Notes under the pieces: model-generated
Told to the model about the DNA's origin: nothing
Seen by the model: only the letters and a program-made list of their open reading frames with translations
Database searches by the model: none
NCBI GenBank assembly: GCA_035353395.1
Contig: DAOPZL010000009.1
Span: forward strand, 5,687 to 69,686
Origin: Holophaga sp.
Lineage (GTDB): Bacteria > Acidobacteriota > Holophagae > Holophagales > Holophagaceae
Length of the DNA stretch: 64,000 bases
Direction of reading: 5' to 3'
Made by a program: the position numbers and the translations under genes
Part shown: positions 10,700 through 19,166 of the stretch, piece by piece
Layout: every line of letters begins with the position of its first letter
How positions within the stretch are numbered: the first letter of the stretch is position 1

Positions 10700-11763
10700 G
10701 GAAGCTCCTGGCGGGTCCCGGCGTTCTGGGGGATGAAGGCCTTCAGTTCACGGGCGACGTCCGCCAGCATGGACCGCTTGATGGCATAGGGCAGGAACGC
10801 GCTCTTGAAGCCCATGAGGATGACTTCCTGGAGCTCCGCGAAGTTGAAGTGCAGCTCGTCCTGCAGGATCTTGAGCTCGCGGGAGCAGGTGGTCCCCGTC
10901 ACCAGGCGGTTGTCCGTGTTGACCGTGACCCGGAGTCCGAGGTCGTAGAAGAGCCGGATGGGATGATCGGCCATCTTCTTGACGGCCCGGGTCTGGACGT
11001 TGGAGCTGGGGCACATCTCCAGGGGGATCCGGTGGTCGTTGACGTAGTTGAGCAGGTCCCCGTCCTCGATGAGCCTCACGCCGTGGCCGATGCGGTGGGT
11101 CCCGCACTGGTGGACGGCCTGGTGGATGCTCTCCGGCCCGTCGGCCTCCCCGGCGTGCAGGGTGCAGCTCATGTTGTTCGCGCGGACCCGTTCGAATGCC
11201 TCCTTGTGGTGCCTGGCTGGGAAGTTCGCCTCGGCTCCGGCCAGGTCGTAGCCCACGACGCCCTTGTTCTTGAAGGCCACCGTGAGGTCCGCCAGCTTGA
11301 GGGAGGACTCGGGATCGACATGCCGCATGCCGCACACGAGGACGCCCGTCTGGATGGGATAGCGCCTCCGGGCTTCCTCCAGCCCCTCCAGCACTGCCTG
11401 GACGATGTGGTGCAGCGGAAGCCCCTTCTGCTGGTGGAGGATGGGGCTGTAGCGGACCTCGAGGTAGCGGACGTTCTCCAGGGCGGCGTCCTCGGCCAGT
11501 TCGAAGGCCGTGCGCACGAGGGAGTCGTAGGTCTGCATCACCGACAGGGTGACGTCGAAGGCCTTCAGGTAGTCCACCAGGGACTTGCATTCCTCCCCCG
11601 CCTGGACGAACGGCCGGAGGGTATCCACCGAGTCGCCGGGCAGTTCCACCTTCTGCTGCTCGGCGAGCTCCAGGATCGTGGGGATGCGCAGGCTCCCGTC
11701 CAGGTGGACGTGGAGGTCGGTCTTGGGGAGCCGCTGGAAATCTTCGAAACTCAGGTCGGTCAT
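10696..11763 (-). CDS. add: adenosine deaminase
   Basis: Track ORF of 355 aa. Motifs: LPKTDLHVHLDGSLR, CTLHAGE, VTVNTDN. Confidence 0.9.
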   Translation of the reverse strand: MTDLSFEDFQRLPKTDLHVHLDGSLRIPTILELAEQQKVELPGDSVDTLRPFVQAGEECKSLVDYLKAFDVTLSVMQTYDSLVRTAFELAEDAALENVRYLEVRYSPILHQQKGLPLHHIVQAVLEGLEEARRRYPIQTGVLVCGMRHVDPESSLKLADLTVAFKNKGVVGYDLAGAEANFPARHHKEAFERVRANNMSCTLHAGEADGPESIHQAVHQCGTHRIGHGVRLIEDGDLLNYVNDHRIPLEMCPSSNVQTRAVKKMADHPIRLFYDLGLRVTVNTDNRLVTGTTCSRELKILQDELHFNFAELQEVILMGFKSAFLPYAIKRSMLADVARELKAFIPQNAGTRQELP

Positions 11764-11770
11764 CGGATTC

Positions 11771-12280
11771 TCATGTGTGAAGCTGCGCCACGCGGTTCCG
11801 GATCTGCCCCTCGTCGGCCGTGTCTTTGCAGTTGTTGCAGAGCCCGAAGATCTGGAGGCTGTGGTGCATGGGTTTGAAGGCGTGCTCCCCGCAGATGTTC
11901 TCCTGGAGGGTCTCCAGGTCGGGGCGGAAGAACTCGATCACCTTGCCGCAGTTCAGGCAGATCAAGTGGTCGTGGTGCTCGTTTTCCCGGGCCGCCTCGT
12001 AGTTCGCGTGGCCGGAGCCCAGGCTGTCCTTGCGGACGAGGCCGCACTGGACGAGGAGGTCCAGGGTCCGGTAGACGGTCGCCCGGCTGATGTCCCCCCC
12101 CCTGGCCCGGAGGCCGGCGTGCAGGGTTTCCGCGTCGAAGTGGCTGTCCCGGTTGAAGATGGCATTCAGGATCGCCATGCGCTCGCCAGTCAGTTTCAGT
12201 TTCTTGCCGCGCAGGAATCCCTCGAAGCGCAGCTCTTCCTGCGTAGGGGACTTGCGGGAAGCAGGGCTGTTCGACCCCAT
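11771..12280 (-). CDS. Fur-family metalloregulator (Fur/Zur/PerR type)
   Basis: Track ORF of 169 aa. It has a winged HTH (ISRATVYRTLDLLVQCGLV), HHDHLICLNCGKVIEF and a C-terminal CNNC metal site. Confidence 0.85.
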   Translation of the reverse strand: MGSNSPASRKSPTQEELRFEGFLRGKKLKLTGERMAILNAIFNRDSHFDAETLHAGLRARGGDISRATVYRTLDLLVQCGLVRKDSLGSGHANYEAARENEHHDHLICLNCGKVIEFFRPDLETLQENICGEHAFKPMHHSLQIFGLCNNCKDTADEGQIRNRVAQLHT

Positions 12281-12377
12281 GGAAATCTCCAGGAAAGTTG
12301 TCTGAAGAAGAGATACACTGAATCCTCTTGCTCGATGACTAGCTTAAATTATAGTCGCCGTATTTATGGGAGTCGAA

Positions 12378-12938
12378 ATGCCACTGGTCAAGATTCAGGG
12401 GGTACGGCTATCCGCCGACCTGAAGAAGCGAATCGGTGATCACATCATCGACGCCTTCCATCGTGAAGGCATTCCGGGCAGCTCCGTGATCGTAGTCTAC
12501 TCCCGCGAGGACGTGGACATCCTCCTGGACGGGGGCTACCTGATCGAGTCGACGGTCGACCCGTCGCCCCAGGCCCCGCGCCCGGCCCTGGAGGCGCCGG
12601 CTCAGGCCTCGGCCGAGGTCCTGGACGAGTTCAAGACCCGGTCCCGCAGGACCAAGGCCGAACTGGCGGACCTGAAGGCCCAGCTGGTGAACAGCCTGCA
12701 GAACAACCCCGCGCTTTCGAGCTTCCAGGCCCAGGAAGAGCTGGGCCTCAAGGACTGCGACTGGGCGCCCGCCACGCTGCGCCGCTTCTTCTCGGAGCTG
12801 GAGGAGGAAGGCCTGATCACCAAGCAGGGCCAGAAGCGGGGGACCCGCTACGTCTGGAAGGGCTTCCCCCAGCAGGCCCAGGACCTCGCGCCCAGGCTGG
12901 TGAAGAGGCCGGAAGCGACGGAAGACGCGGAGGCATAG
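12378..12938 (+). CDS. hypothetical protein: 4-oxalocrotonate-tautomerase-like N-domain fused to a winged-helix-like C-domain
   Basis: Track ORF 12366..12938 with ATG 12378, giving the N-terminus MPLVKIQGV (Met-Pro as in tautomerase-superfamily proteins). The first ~60 aa follow the 4-OT beta-alpha-beta pattern. Next comes a Pro/Ala-rich linker. The C-terminus (FFSELEEEGLITKQGQKRGTRYVWK) looks like a wHTH wing. Confidence 0.5.
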   Translation: MPLVKIQGVRLSADLKKRIGDHIIDAFHREGIPGSSVIVVYSREDVDILLDGGYLIESTVDPSPQAPRPALEAPAQASAEVLDEFKTRSRRTKAELADLKAQLVNSLQNNPALSSFQAQEELGLKDCDWAPATLRRFFSELEEEGLITKQGQKRGTRYVWKGFPQQAQDLAPRLVKRPEATEDAEA

Positions 12939-12963
12939 GCCCCCTGTCCCGAGGGCATCCTGC

Positions 12964-14100
12964 ATGCTTTTCGATTCCCCCAGCTCCTTCGGACGCTCCT
13001 TCCGGATCCTGACCTTCGGCGAGAGCCATGGACCGGCGGTGGGCGTCGTCCTGGACGGCGTGAAGCCCGGCCTCCCTTTCGACGCGGCGGCGATCCAGCG
13101 GGAGCTGGACCGCCGCCGTCCCGGCCAGTCGGAGCTGGTCACTCCGCGTTCCGAGGCCGACCGGGTGCAGGTCCTCTCGGGCGTCCACGAAGGCCGGACC
13201 ACGGGGCACCCCATCGCGCTCGTGGTGTTCAACCAGAACCTGCGCAGCGGCGACTATGCCGGCATCCGGGACCTCTTCCGGCCAGGCCACGCCGACCTGA
13301 CCTACGAGCGGAAGTACGGCTTGAGGGATCCCCGGGGAGGGGGACGGTCCAGCGGCCGCGAAACCTTGGCCCGGGTGGCGGCCGGAGCCTGGGCCAAGCA
13401 GCAGCTCGCGCCCCTGGGCGTCCGGATCAGGGGCTTCAACCGGGAGATCGCGGGCCTCGCCGGCGGGAGCCTGGACTGGGATTTCGTCGAGCGGAATCCC
13501 CTGAGGGTGGCGGATCCCGGGACTTTCGAGGCCCAGAAGGCCCTGGTGGAAGCGGCCAGGGCCGACCACGACTCCGTGGGAGGTGTCACGGAGGTCTGGA
13601 TCGAGGGGCTGCCCCTCGGCCTGGGGGATCCCGCTTTCGCCAAGCTGGACGCCTTGCTGGCCTATGCCTGCATGAGCATCGGGGCGGTGAAGGGGGTGGA
13701 GATCGGCGCGGGTTTCGCGGCGGCGCGCATGCGCGGCTCCGGGAACAACGATCCGATCGGGCCGGAGGGTCCGCTCAAGAACGATGCGGGCGGAGTCCTC
13801 GGCGGCATCTCCGACGGTGCTCCGGTGATCCTGCGCCTCGCGGTGAAGCCCACCCCGTCCATCGCCCGGATCCAGCGGACCGTCGACCGGGCGGGGCGGG
13901 AATCCGAGATCACGGTCCAGGGCCGCCACGACCCCTGCATCGCCCCCAGGATCGTGCCCGTGGCGGAGGCCATGTGCGCCCTGGTCGTCTACGACCTGTG
14001 GCTCACCCAGCAGGATCTCGTCGAGGGAGCCCTCCCCGCGGCGGGCGAGTGGGACTGGGCCGCGGTGGACACCCTGCTGGGGCAGGCTCCGGCGCCCTGA
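12964..14100 (+). CDS. aroC: chorismate synthase
   Basis: Track ORF of 378 aa. Motifs: FRILTFGESHGPAVGVVLDG, GGGRSSGRETLARV, GRHDPCI. Confidence 0.95.
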   Translation: MLFDSPSSFGRSFRILTFGESHGPAVGVVLDGVKPGLPFDAAAIQRELDRRRPGQSELVTPRSEADRVQVLSGVHEGRTTGHPIALVVFNQNLRSGDYAGIRDLFRPGHADLTYERKYGLRDPRGGGRSSGRETLARVAAGAWAKQQLAPLGVRIRGFNREIAGLAGGSLDWDFVERNPLRVADPGTFEAQKALVEAARADHDSVGGVTEVWIEGLPLGLGDPAFAKLDALLAYACMSIGAVKGVEIGAGFAAARMRGSGNNDPIGPEGPLKNDAGGVLGGISDGAPVILRLAVKPTPSIARIQRTVDRAGRESEITVQGRHDPCIAPRIVPVAEAMCALVVYDLWLTQQDLVEGALPAAGEWDWAAVDTLLGQAPAP

Positions 14101-14137
14101 AGCTTGACGGGGAGAAAAAAAGGCGAATACTTGCGGT

Positions 14138-15046
14138 ATGTCTTCGTCCTTGTTCCCTTCCGAGACTTCCCCGGTCCTTATCAAGGATCTGAGCGTGGAG
14201 CCGGAGGAGGCCAGGAGCATCCTGCGCCCCCAGCGGGACGACCAGTATGGCTTCGGCTATACCCTCAGCCCATACCGGGGATGCGCCCACGGATGCCGAT
14301 ACTGCTTCCTGAGGGAATACCCGAACGCCGTCCACGGTCCCGGCGAATGGGGCGGCTGGGTGACGCCCAAGCTCAACGCCCCCGGGCTGCTCTGGTCCCA
14401 GCGGCACAGGCTCCACGAGCAATCCGTCTTCCTCTCCACCGCCACGGATCCCTACCAGCCCATCGAGCGCGAATTCCATCTCACGCGCGCGTGCCTGGAG
14501 GTGCTCCTGGACTGCCTCACCACCCAGGTGCTCCTGCATACCCGGTCCCCACTGGTGGTGAAGGACCTCGATCTCCTGAAGAGGTTCGGCGACCGGCTCG
14601 TCGTGGGCTTCTCCATCCCCACGGACGACGACACGGTGAGGCAGGTGGTGGAACCCAAGGCCCCGCCGATCCCCAGCCGGTGGGCCGCCGTGGAGAGGCT
14701 CGCCAGGGCGGGGATCCGGGTGAACCTCGCCGCGACCCCGCTGATGCCCATGACGGATCCGGAAGGATTCGCCCGCCGGGCCCGGGAAAGCGGCGTCTCG
14801 AACCTCTGGGTGGGCTCCCTGAGGCTGCTGAGGAACGACCCCTTCTATGACGTGCTGGTCCGCAACCGCTGGCTGAAGGTGCTCGACCAGGACTATGTCG
14901 AGGAGATCCGCGGGATCCTGACGGAGGCCTTGCCCCAGGCCCGGCACCGCAGACGCCGGGCGCCGAGGCCGTCCCGTGCCCGGCCGGCCGTGCCGAAGCT
15001 GGTCCCGCCCAGGCCTGTGCAGCCCGGGCTGTTCGATCTTCTGTAG
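14138..15046 (+). CDS. radical SAM protein (SplB/DNA-photolyase-like family)
   Basis: Track ORF of 302 aa. A CxxxCxxC cluster motif is present (YRGCAHGCRYCFL). Size and layout are as in the spore-photoproduct-lyase-related radical SAM family. Confidence 0.75.
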   Translation: MSSSLFPSETSPVLIKDLSVEPEEARSILRPQRDDQYGFGYTLSPYRGCAHGCRYCFLREYPNAVHGPGEWGGWVTPKLNAPGLLWSQRHRLHEQSVFLSTATDPYQPIEREFHLTRACLEVLLDCLTTQVLLHTRSPLVVKDLDLLKRFGDRLVVGFSIPTDDDTVRQVVEPKAPPIPSRWAAVERLARAGIRVNLAATPLMPMTDPEGFARRARESGVSNLWVGSLRLLRNDPFYDVLVRNRWLKVLDQDYVEEIRGILTEALPQARHRRRRAPRPSRARPAVPKLVPPRPVQPGLFDLL

Positions 15047-15129
15047 CGGGTTCCTCGGGAGTCTGCCGGGCGCGGTCCCGCGCCGCCGGGGAGCCATTCG
15101 GAGCGCAATCGTGTGACAATGGCCTTTGC

Positions 15130-16758
15130 ATGAACACCCTCGCGCTCAAGTACCGACCCCGCCTGCTCGCGGACCTCGTAGGCCAGGAGGCGAGCGTCCG
15201 GGCCCTCGCCAATGCCTTGAAGCGGGCCCAGGCTTCCGGTTCCATCCATCACCAGGCCTTCCTGTTCGCGGGGGTCCGGGGGACCGGCAAGACGACCTCC
15301 GCCCGGATCCTGGCGCGCTCCCTGAACTGCAAGGAGGGACCGACGCCCACGCCGTGCGGGGTCTGCGACGCCTGCCTGGCCTCGGAGCAGCCGGACAGGA
15401 ACCTGGACGTGATCGAGATCGACGCCGCCAGCCGTGCCTCGGTGGAGGATGCGCGCGCCCTGCGGGAACAGGTGCAGACGCGGCCGGCCTTCTGCCGCTA
15501 CCGCGTCTACATCATCGACGAGGTCCACATGCTGAGCCGCAGCGCCTTCGACGCGCTGCTGAAGATCCTGGAGGAGCCCCCGGCCCACGCGGTCTTCATC
15601 CTGGCGACCACGGAGCTCCAGGACGTGCCGGACACCATCAAGAGCCGGGTCCAGATCTACCCCTTCCGCCTCATGCCCGTGCCCGTCATCGAGGGCCGCC
15701 TGAAGTACATCTGCGAGCAGGAGGGCGTCTCCTTCAGCGAGGGATCCCTGCGGCTGCTGGCCGAAGCCGGGCAGGGGTCCATGCGCGACGCCCTGACGAT
15801 CCTGGACCGCGTCATCGCGGCGGGCGACGGCCGCGTGCTCGAGGACATCGTCCGGGAGCAGCTCGGCATCGTGCCCGCGGTCCGGGTGCAGGCGGTGCTC
15901 TCAGCGCTGCTGGAAGGGGATTCGTCGAGGATCCTGGACGAATGCCAGGCCCTGGCCTCCCTGGGCGCGGACTGGACGAGCTTCTGGCGGGAACTCATGC
16001 TGGCGTTCCGGGACCGGCTCGAGGCCGAGATCCGCCGCGGGGCCTTGCCCCACGAGGTGGTGCGGCTGGCCCGGATGCTCCACCTCCTGCTGCAGCGGGA
16101 GCGGGATCTCCGGGACACCAGCCTGCCGCAGGTGGTCGTGGAACTGGCCCTCCTCACGGCCTCCCAGCTTCCCCACCTCGCGCCGCTGGATGCACTCGTC
16201 CCGTCCGGCCAGGCGACCGGCTCCACGGGGCCCAAGTCCCCGGTCCGGCCCGCTCCCGTGCCTGCCCGCACCGCCCCGGCGGCTGGAGCCAGGCCGGAGG
16301 ATCCCGGGCCGCGCCACGCGGCGCCCAGCCGGGAACAGGCCCCGAAGCCCGCGGCGGTGCCGGCGGTTCCGCCCGAACCCGTGAAGGATCCGGCGGACAT
16401 GGCCCAGTTGAGGAAAGCCTGTTCGGAGGCCTTGCGGGCCGCCCCGGGCGGCCTTCCCAGGACCCTGGCGTCCCTCCCCCACATGGCCACGTCGCTGCGC
16501 GTGGAGAACCGGACACTCCAGTGGGTCTTCCCGGCCAATGTCCGGAACACCGTGCAGGATCTCGAACGGGAGAAGGCCAATCCGCATCTCCTGGAAGCTC
16601 TCCGGAAGGTCCTGCCCGGAATCGCCGGGATCGCCATCGCGTTCGACCAGGATTCCCAGGCCCGTCCGGAGGATGCGCTTCGGGCCGACAGCACCTTCCA
16701 GCGGCTCCTCCAGGAAACAGGGGGGGAGCTTCTAGAAATCCGGCAGACGAATGGATGA
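15130..16758 (+). CDS. dnaX: DNA polymerase III subunit gamma/tau
   Basis: Track ORF of 542 aa. It begins LKYRPRLLADLVGQE and has a Walker A motif (GVRGTGKTTSARILA), a Zn module (CGVCDAC), a box VII region and a Pro/Ala-rich linker. Confidence 0.95.
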   Translation: MNTLALKYRPRLLADLVGQEASVRALANALKRAQASGSIHHQAFLFAGVRGTGKTTSARILARSLNCKEGPTPTPCGVCDACLASEQPDRNLDVIEIDAASRASVEDARALREQVQTRPAFCRYRVYIIDEVHMLSRSAFDALLKILEEPPAHAVFILATTELQDVPDTIKSRVQIYPFRLMPVPVIEGRLKYICEQEGVSFSEGSLRLLAEAGQGSMRDALTILDRVIAAGDGRVLEDIVREQLGIVPAVRVQAVLSALLEGDSSRILDECQALASLGADWTSFWRELMLAFRDRLEAEIRRGALPHEVVRLARMLHLLLQRERDLRDTSLPQVVVELALLTASQLPHLAPLDALVPSGQATGSTGPKSPVRPAPVPARTAPAAGARPEDPGPRHAAPSREQAPKPAAVPAVPPEPVKDPADMAQLRKACSEALRAAPGGLPRTLASLPHMATSLRVENRTLQWVFPANVRNTVQDLEREKANPHLLEALRKVLPGIAGIAIAFDQDSQARPEDALRADSTFQRLLQETGGELLEIRQTNG

Positions 16759-16913
16759 ACATGTTATTTTTATCTTCCGAATTCTGGATAGCATAGCCAT
16801 GTTCCGGTGGATCTGATTTCATGCGCACCCAGGCAGGAGAATGCAAGTCGTCCCCCTTTCCCCATGCAGGAAAGGACAGGAAGCCTGCCGCCGCATACGG
16901 CTATTCCGTCGCC

Positions 16914-19154
16914 ATGCGCGTGGTGTTCCTCCTGGCGATCGTGGCCTCCGGCCTGCTGGTGGGAGGAGCCTGGCTCTCGTACCGCGAGCGGAGCGCCTCC
17001 GAGCGCCAACGCATGCAGGAAAAGCTGGTGGTGGACGCCGACCAGCTGAGCGTGGGCCTCTCGCTGCCTCTCTGGAATTTCGACTACAACCAGGTGGGGA
17101 AGATCCTCGACAGCGAGATGCAGGACCGGAACCTCTACGGCGTGGTCGTCTCGCAAGTCGATTCGGTCAACGCGAACCACGTGATGATCCACGCGCGGAT
17201 CCGGGACGGGCAGTGGCACCCCGTGCCCACCGCGGTCGACGTCTTTCCGAACGGCATGCTGGTCCAGGAGCGCACGATCACCGCCATGGGCGAACCCGTC
17301 GGGCACGTGAAGCTCATCGTCACCCCCCGGTTCATGGAGCAGGAGCTGCGCCAGCGGACGATCCAGACGACCCTGCAGACCGTGCTGTTCGGCCTGCTGC
17401 TGATCATCAGCCTCTACCACGTCCTGTGGTGGGTCGTCCTGAGGCCCCTGCGGCACATCGAGCGCTATGCCACGGCCGTGAGCTCGGGCGGGGCGCCCCC
17501 CGCGGGCGTCCTCGCCGGGAGATTCCACGGGGAGCTGGAGAGCCTGCGCGTGGCGATCGGGGAGATGGTCCATCTGCTCCATGCGCGCCTGAAGGCGCTC
17601 CAGGAAAAGGAGACCACCCTCACCGCCGTCCTCGATTCCGTGCCCCAGAACGTGTACTGGAAGGATGCCGAGGGGCGTTTCGCCGGCTGCAACAAGGTCT
17701 TCGCCCGGACGGTCGGCCTGGAGGAACCCGGAGCCATCATCGGCCGGCGGGTCCAGGAACTCCCCAACCAGGGAGAGGAGATCGTCGCCCACCAGCTGGA
17801 CGATCTCCAGGTCCTCCGGACGGGCGTCTCCAGGGTCCACGCGGTCGAGTCCTGCAGGACGGCCTCGGGGGAAGTCGTCTGGCTCGACGTGACCAAGGTG
17901 CCCATCCTGGACGAGGAAGGGACACCTTTCGCGGTGCTGGGCGTGTCCGAGGACATCACGGGCATGAAGCTGGCCGAAGAGGAGCGGGTCAAGCTCCTCG
18001 AGCAGCTCAACCAGTCCCAGAAGCTGGAGTCCATCGGGCGCCTGGCCGGAGGCGTCGCGCACGACAACAACAACATGTTGACGGCCATCCTGATGCATGC
18101 CGAGCTGCTGCGGGAGATCCTGGGACCGGGGAATCCAGCCCTGCGCCACATCCAGGCGATGGAAGGCGCGGCGGAGCGCTCCACGGGGCTCATCCGCCAG
18201 CTCCTGGCCTTCTCGCGCAAGCAGGTCATCGAGCCGAAGGTCGTCGACCTGAACGAGCTCCTGGGCGGATTCCGCGCCTCCATGTCGCCGCTGGTCGGCG
18301 AGGACATCAACTTCGTCTTCAAGCCGGCCAGGGAGCTCTGGCCCCTCCGGCTGGACCCGACCCAGGTGGACCAGGTCCTCATGAACCTCGTGGTGAACGC
18401 CCGCGATGCCATGCCCACTGGCGGGACGCTGGTCATCGAGACCTCCAACGTCAGGATCGACGACCAGTACTGCCAGGATCATCCCTGGGCCGTGCCCGGC
18501 GATTACGTCCTGCTCACGGTGAGCGACACCGGCGTGGGGATGACGCCGGACCTCCAGGAGAAGATCTTCGACCCCTTCTTCACCACGAAGGAGGTGGGCA
18601 AGGGCACGGGGCTCGGACTGTCCACGGTGTTCGGCATCGTCAAGCAGAACAACGGCTTCATCCAGGTCTACAGCGAGCCGGGGCTCGGCGCGACCTTCAA
18701 GGTCTACCTCCCGAAGTTCCATGGGGACGACGTTCCCGAGACCGAGGAATCCGGGCCGGAAGCCCTCTGCCAGGGGATGGGACAGATCCTCGTGGTGGAG
18801 GATGACGAGAGCCTCCGGGAGGTCATCCCCCACATCCTGGATCGGCTGGGCTTCACCTACATGATGGCCGACACGCCGGAGGAGGCCCTGGAGATCGGGC
18901 GGCGGCCTGGCACCGAGATCGACGTGCTGCTCACGGACGTGGTGATGCCGGGCATGAGCGGAAAGGAGCTCTGGGAGAAGTTCCGCGTCATCCGGCCCGA
19001 TGCCCAGGTCGTCTACATGTCGGGCTACACGGCGGACGTGATCTCGATGCAGGGGGTGCTGGACAGCGGCGTCCACTTCATCCAGAAGCCCTTCTCGACG
19101 GCGGAGCTCGGGAAGAAGCTCCGCAGCGTGATGAGAGGCGTCAGCGTCCCGTGA
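16914..19154 (+). CDS. hybrid sensor histidine kinase / response regulator (TM sensor, PAS, HisKA, HATPase_c, REC)
   Basis: Track ORF 16821..19154 trimmed to ATG 16914 (MRVVFLLAIVASGLLV, a TM helix). It has an H-box (GGVAHDNNNMLTAI), a G2 box (GKGTGLGLS) and a REC acceptor region (DVLLTDVVMPGMSG). Confidence 0.85.
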   Translation: MRVVFLLAIVASGLLVGGAWLSYRERSASERQRMQEKLVVDADQLSVGLSLPLWNFDYNQVGKILDSEMQDRNLYGVVVSQVDSVNANHVMIHARIRDGQWHPVPTAVDVFPNGMLVQERTITAMGEPVGHVKLIVTPRFMEQELRQRTIQTTLQTVLFGLLLIISLYHVLWWVVLRPLRHIERYATAVSSGGAPPAGVLAGRFHGELESLRVAIGEMVHLLHARLKALQEKETTLTAVLDSVPQNVYWKDAEGRFAGCNKVFARTVGLEEPGAIIGRRVQELPNQGEEIVAHQLDDLQVLRTGVSRVHAVESCRTASGEVVWLDVTKVPILDEEGTPFAVLGVSEDITGMKLAEEERVKLLEQLNQSQKLESIGRLAGGVAHDNNNMLTAILMHAELLREILGPGNPALRHIQAMEGAAERSTGLIRQLLAFSRKQVIEPKVVDLNELLGGFRASMSPLVGEDINFVFKPARELWPLRLDPTQVDQVLMNLVVNARDAMPTGGTLVIETSNVRIDDQYCQDHPWAVPGDYVLLTVSDTGVGMTPDLQEKIFDPFFTTKEVGKGTGLGLSTVFGIVKQNNGFIQVYSEPGLGATFKVYLPKFHGDDVPETEESGPEALCQGMGQILVVEDDESLREVIPHILDRLGFTYMMADTPEEALEIGRRPGTEIDVLLTDVVMPGMSGKELWEKFRVIRPDAQVVYMSGYTADVISMQGVLDSGVHFIQKPFSTAELGKKLRSVMRGVSVP

Positions 19155-19166
19155 CGCCCCCGGGGC

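Noticed and set aside
12337-12356. Possible Fur/PerR box GACTAGCTTAAATTATAGTC between the fur-family gene and its divergent neighbour
   Set aside because: Only the outer 5 nt form an inverted repeat, and the match to the Fur or PerR consensus is poor. This is too weak to call.
15130-16758. Programmed frameshift site in dnaX (gamma subunit production)
   Set aside because: I looked for an A-rich slippery heptamer (A AAA AAG type) within the gene and saw none. There is no evidence for frameshifting from sequence alone.
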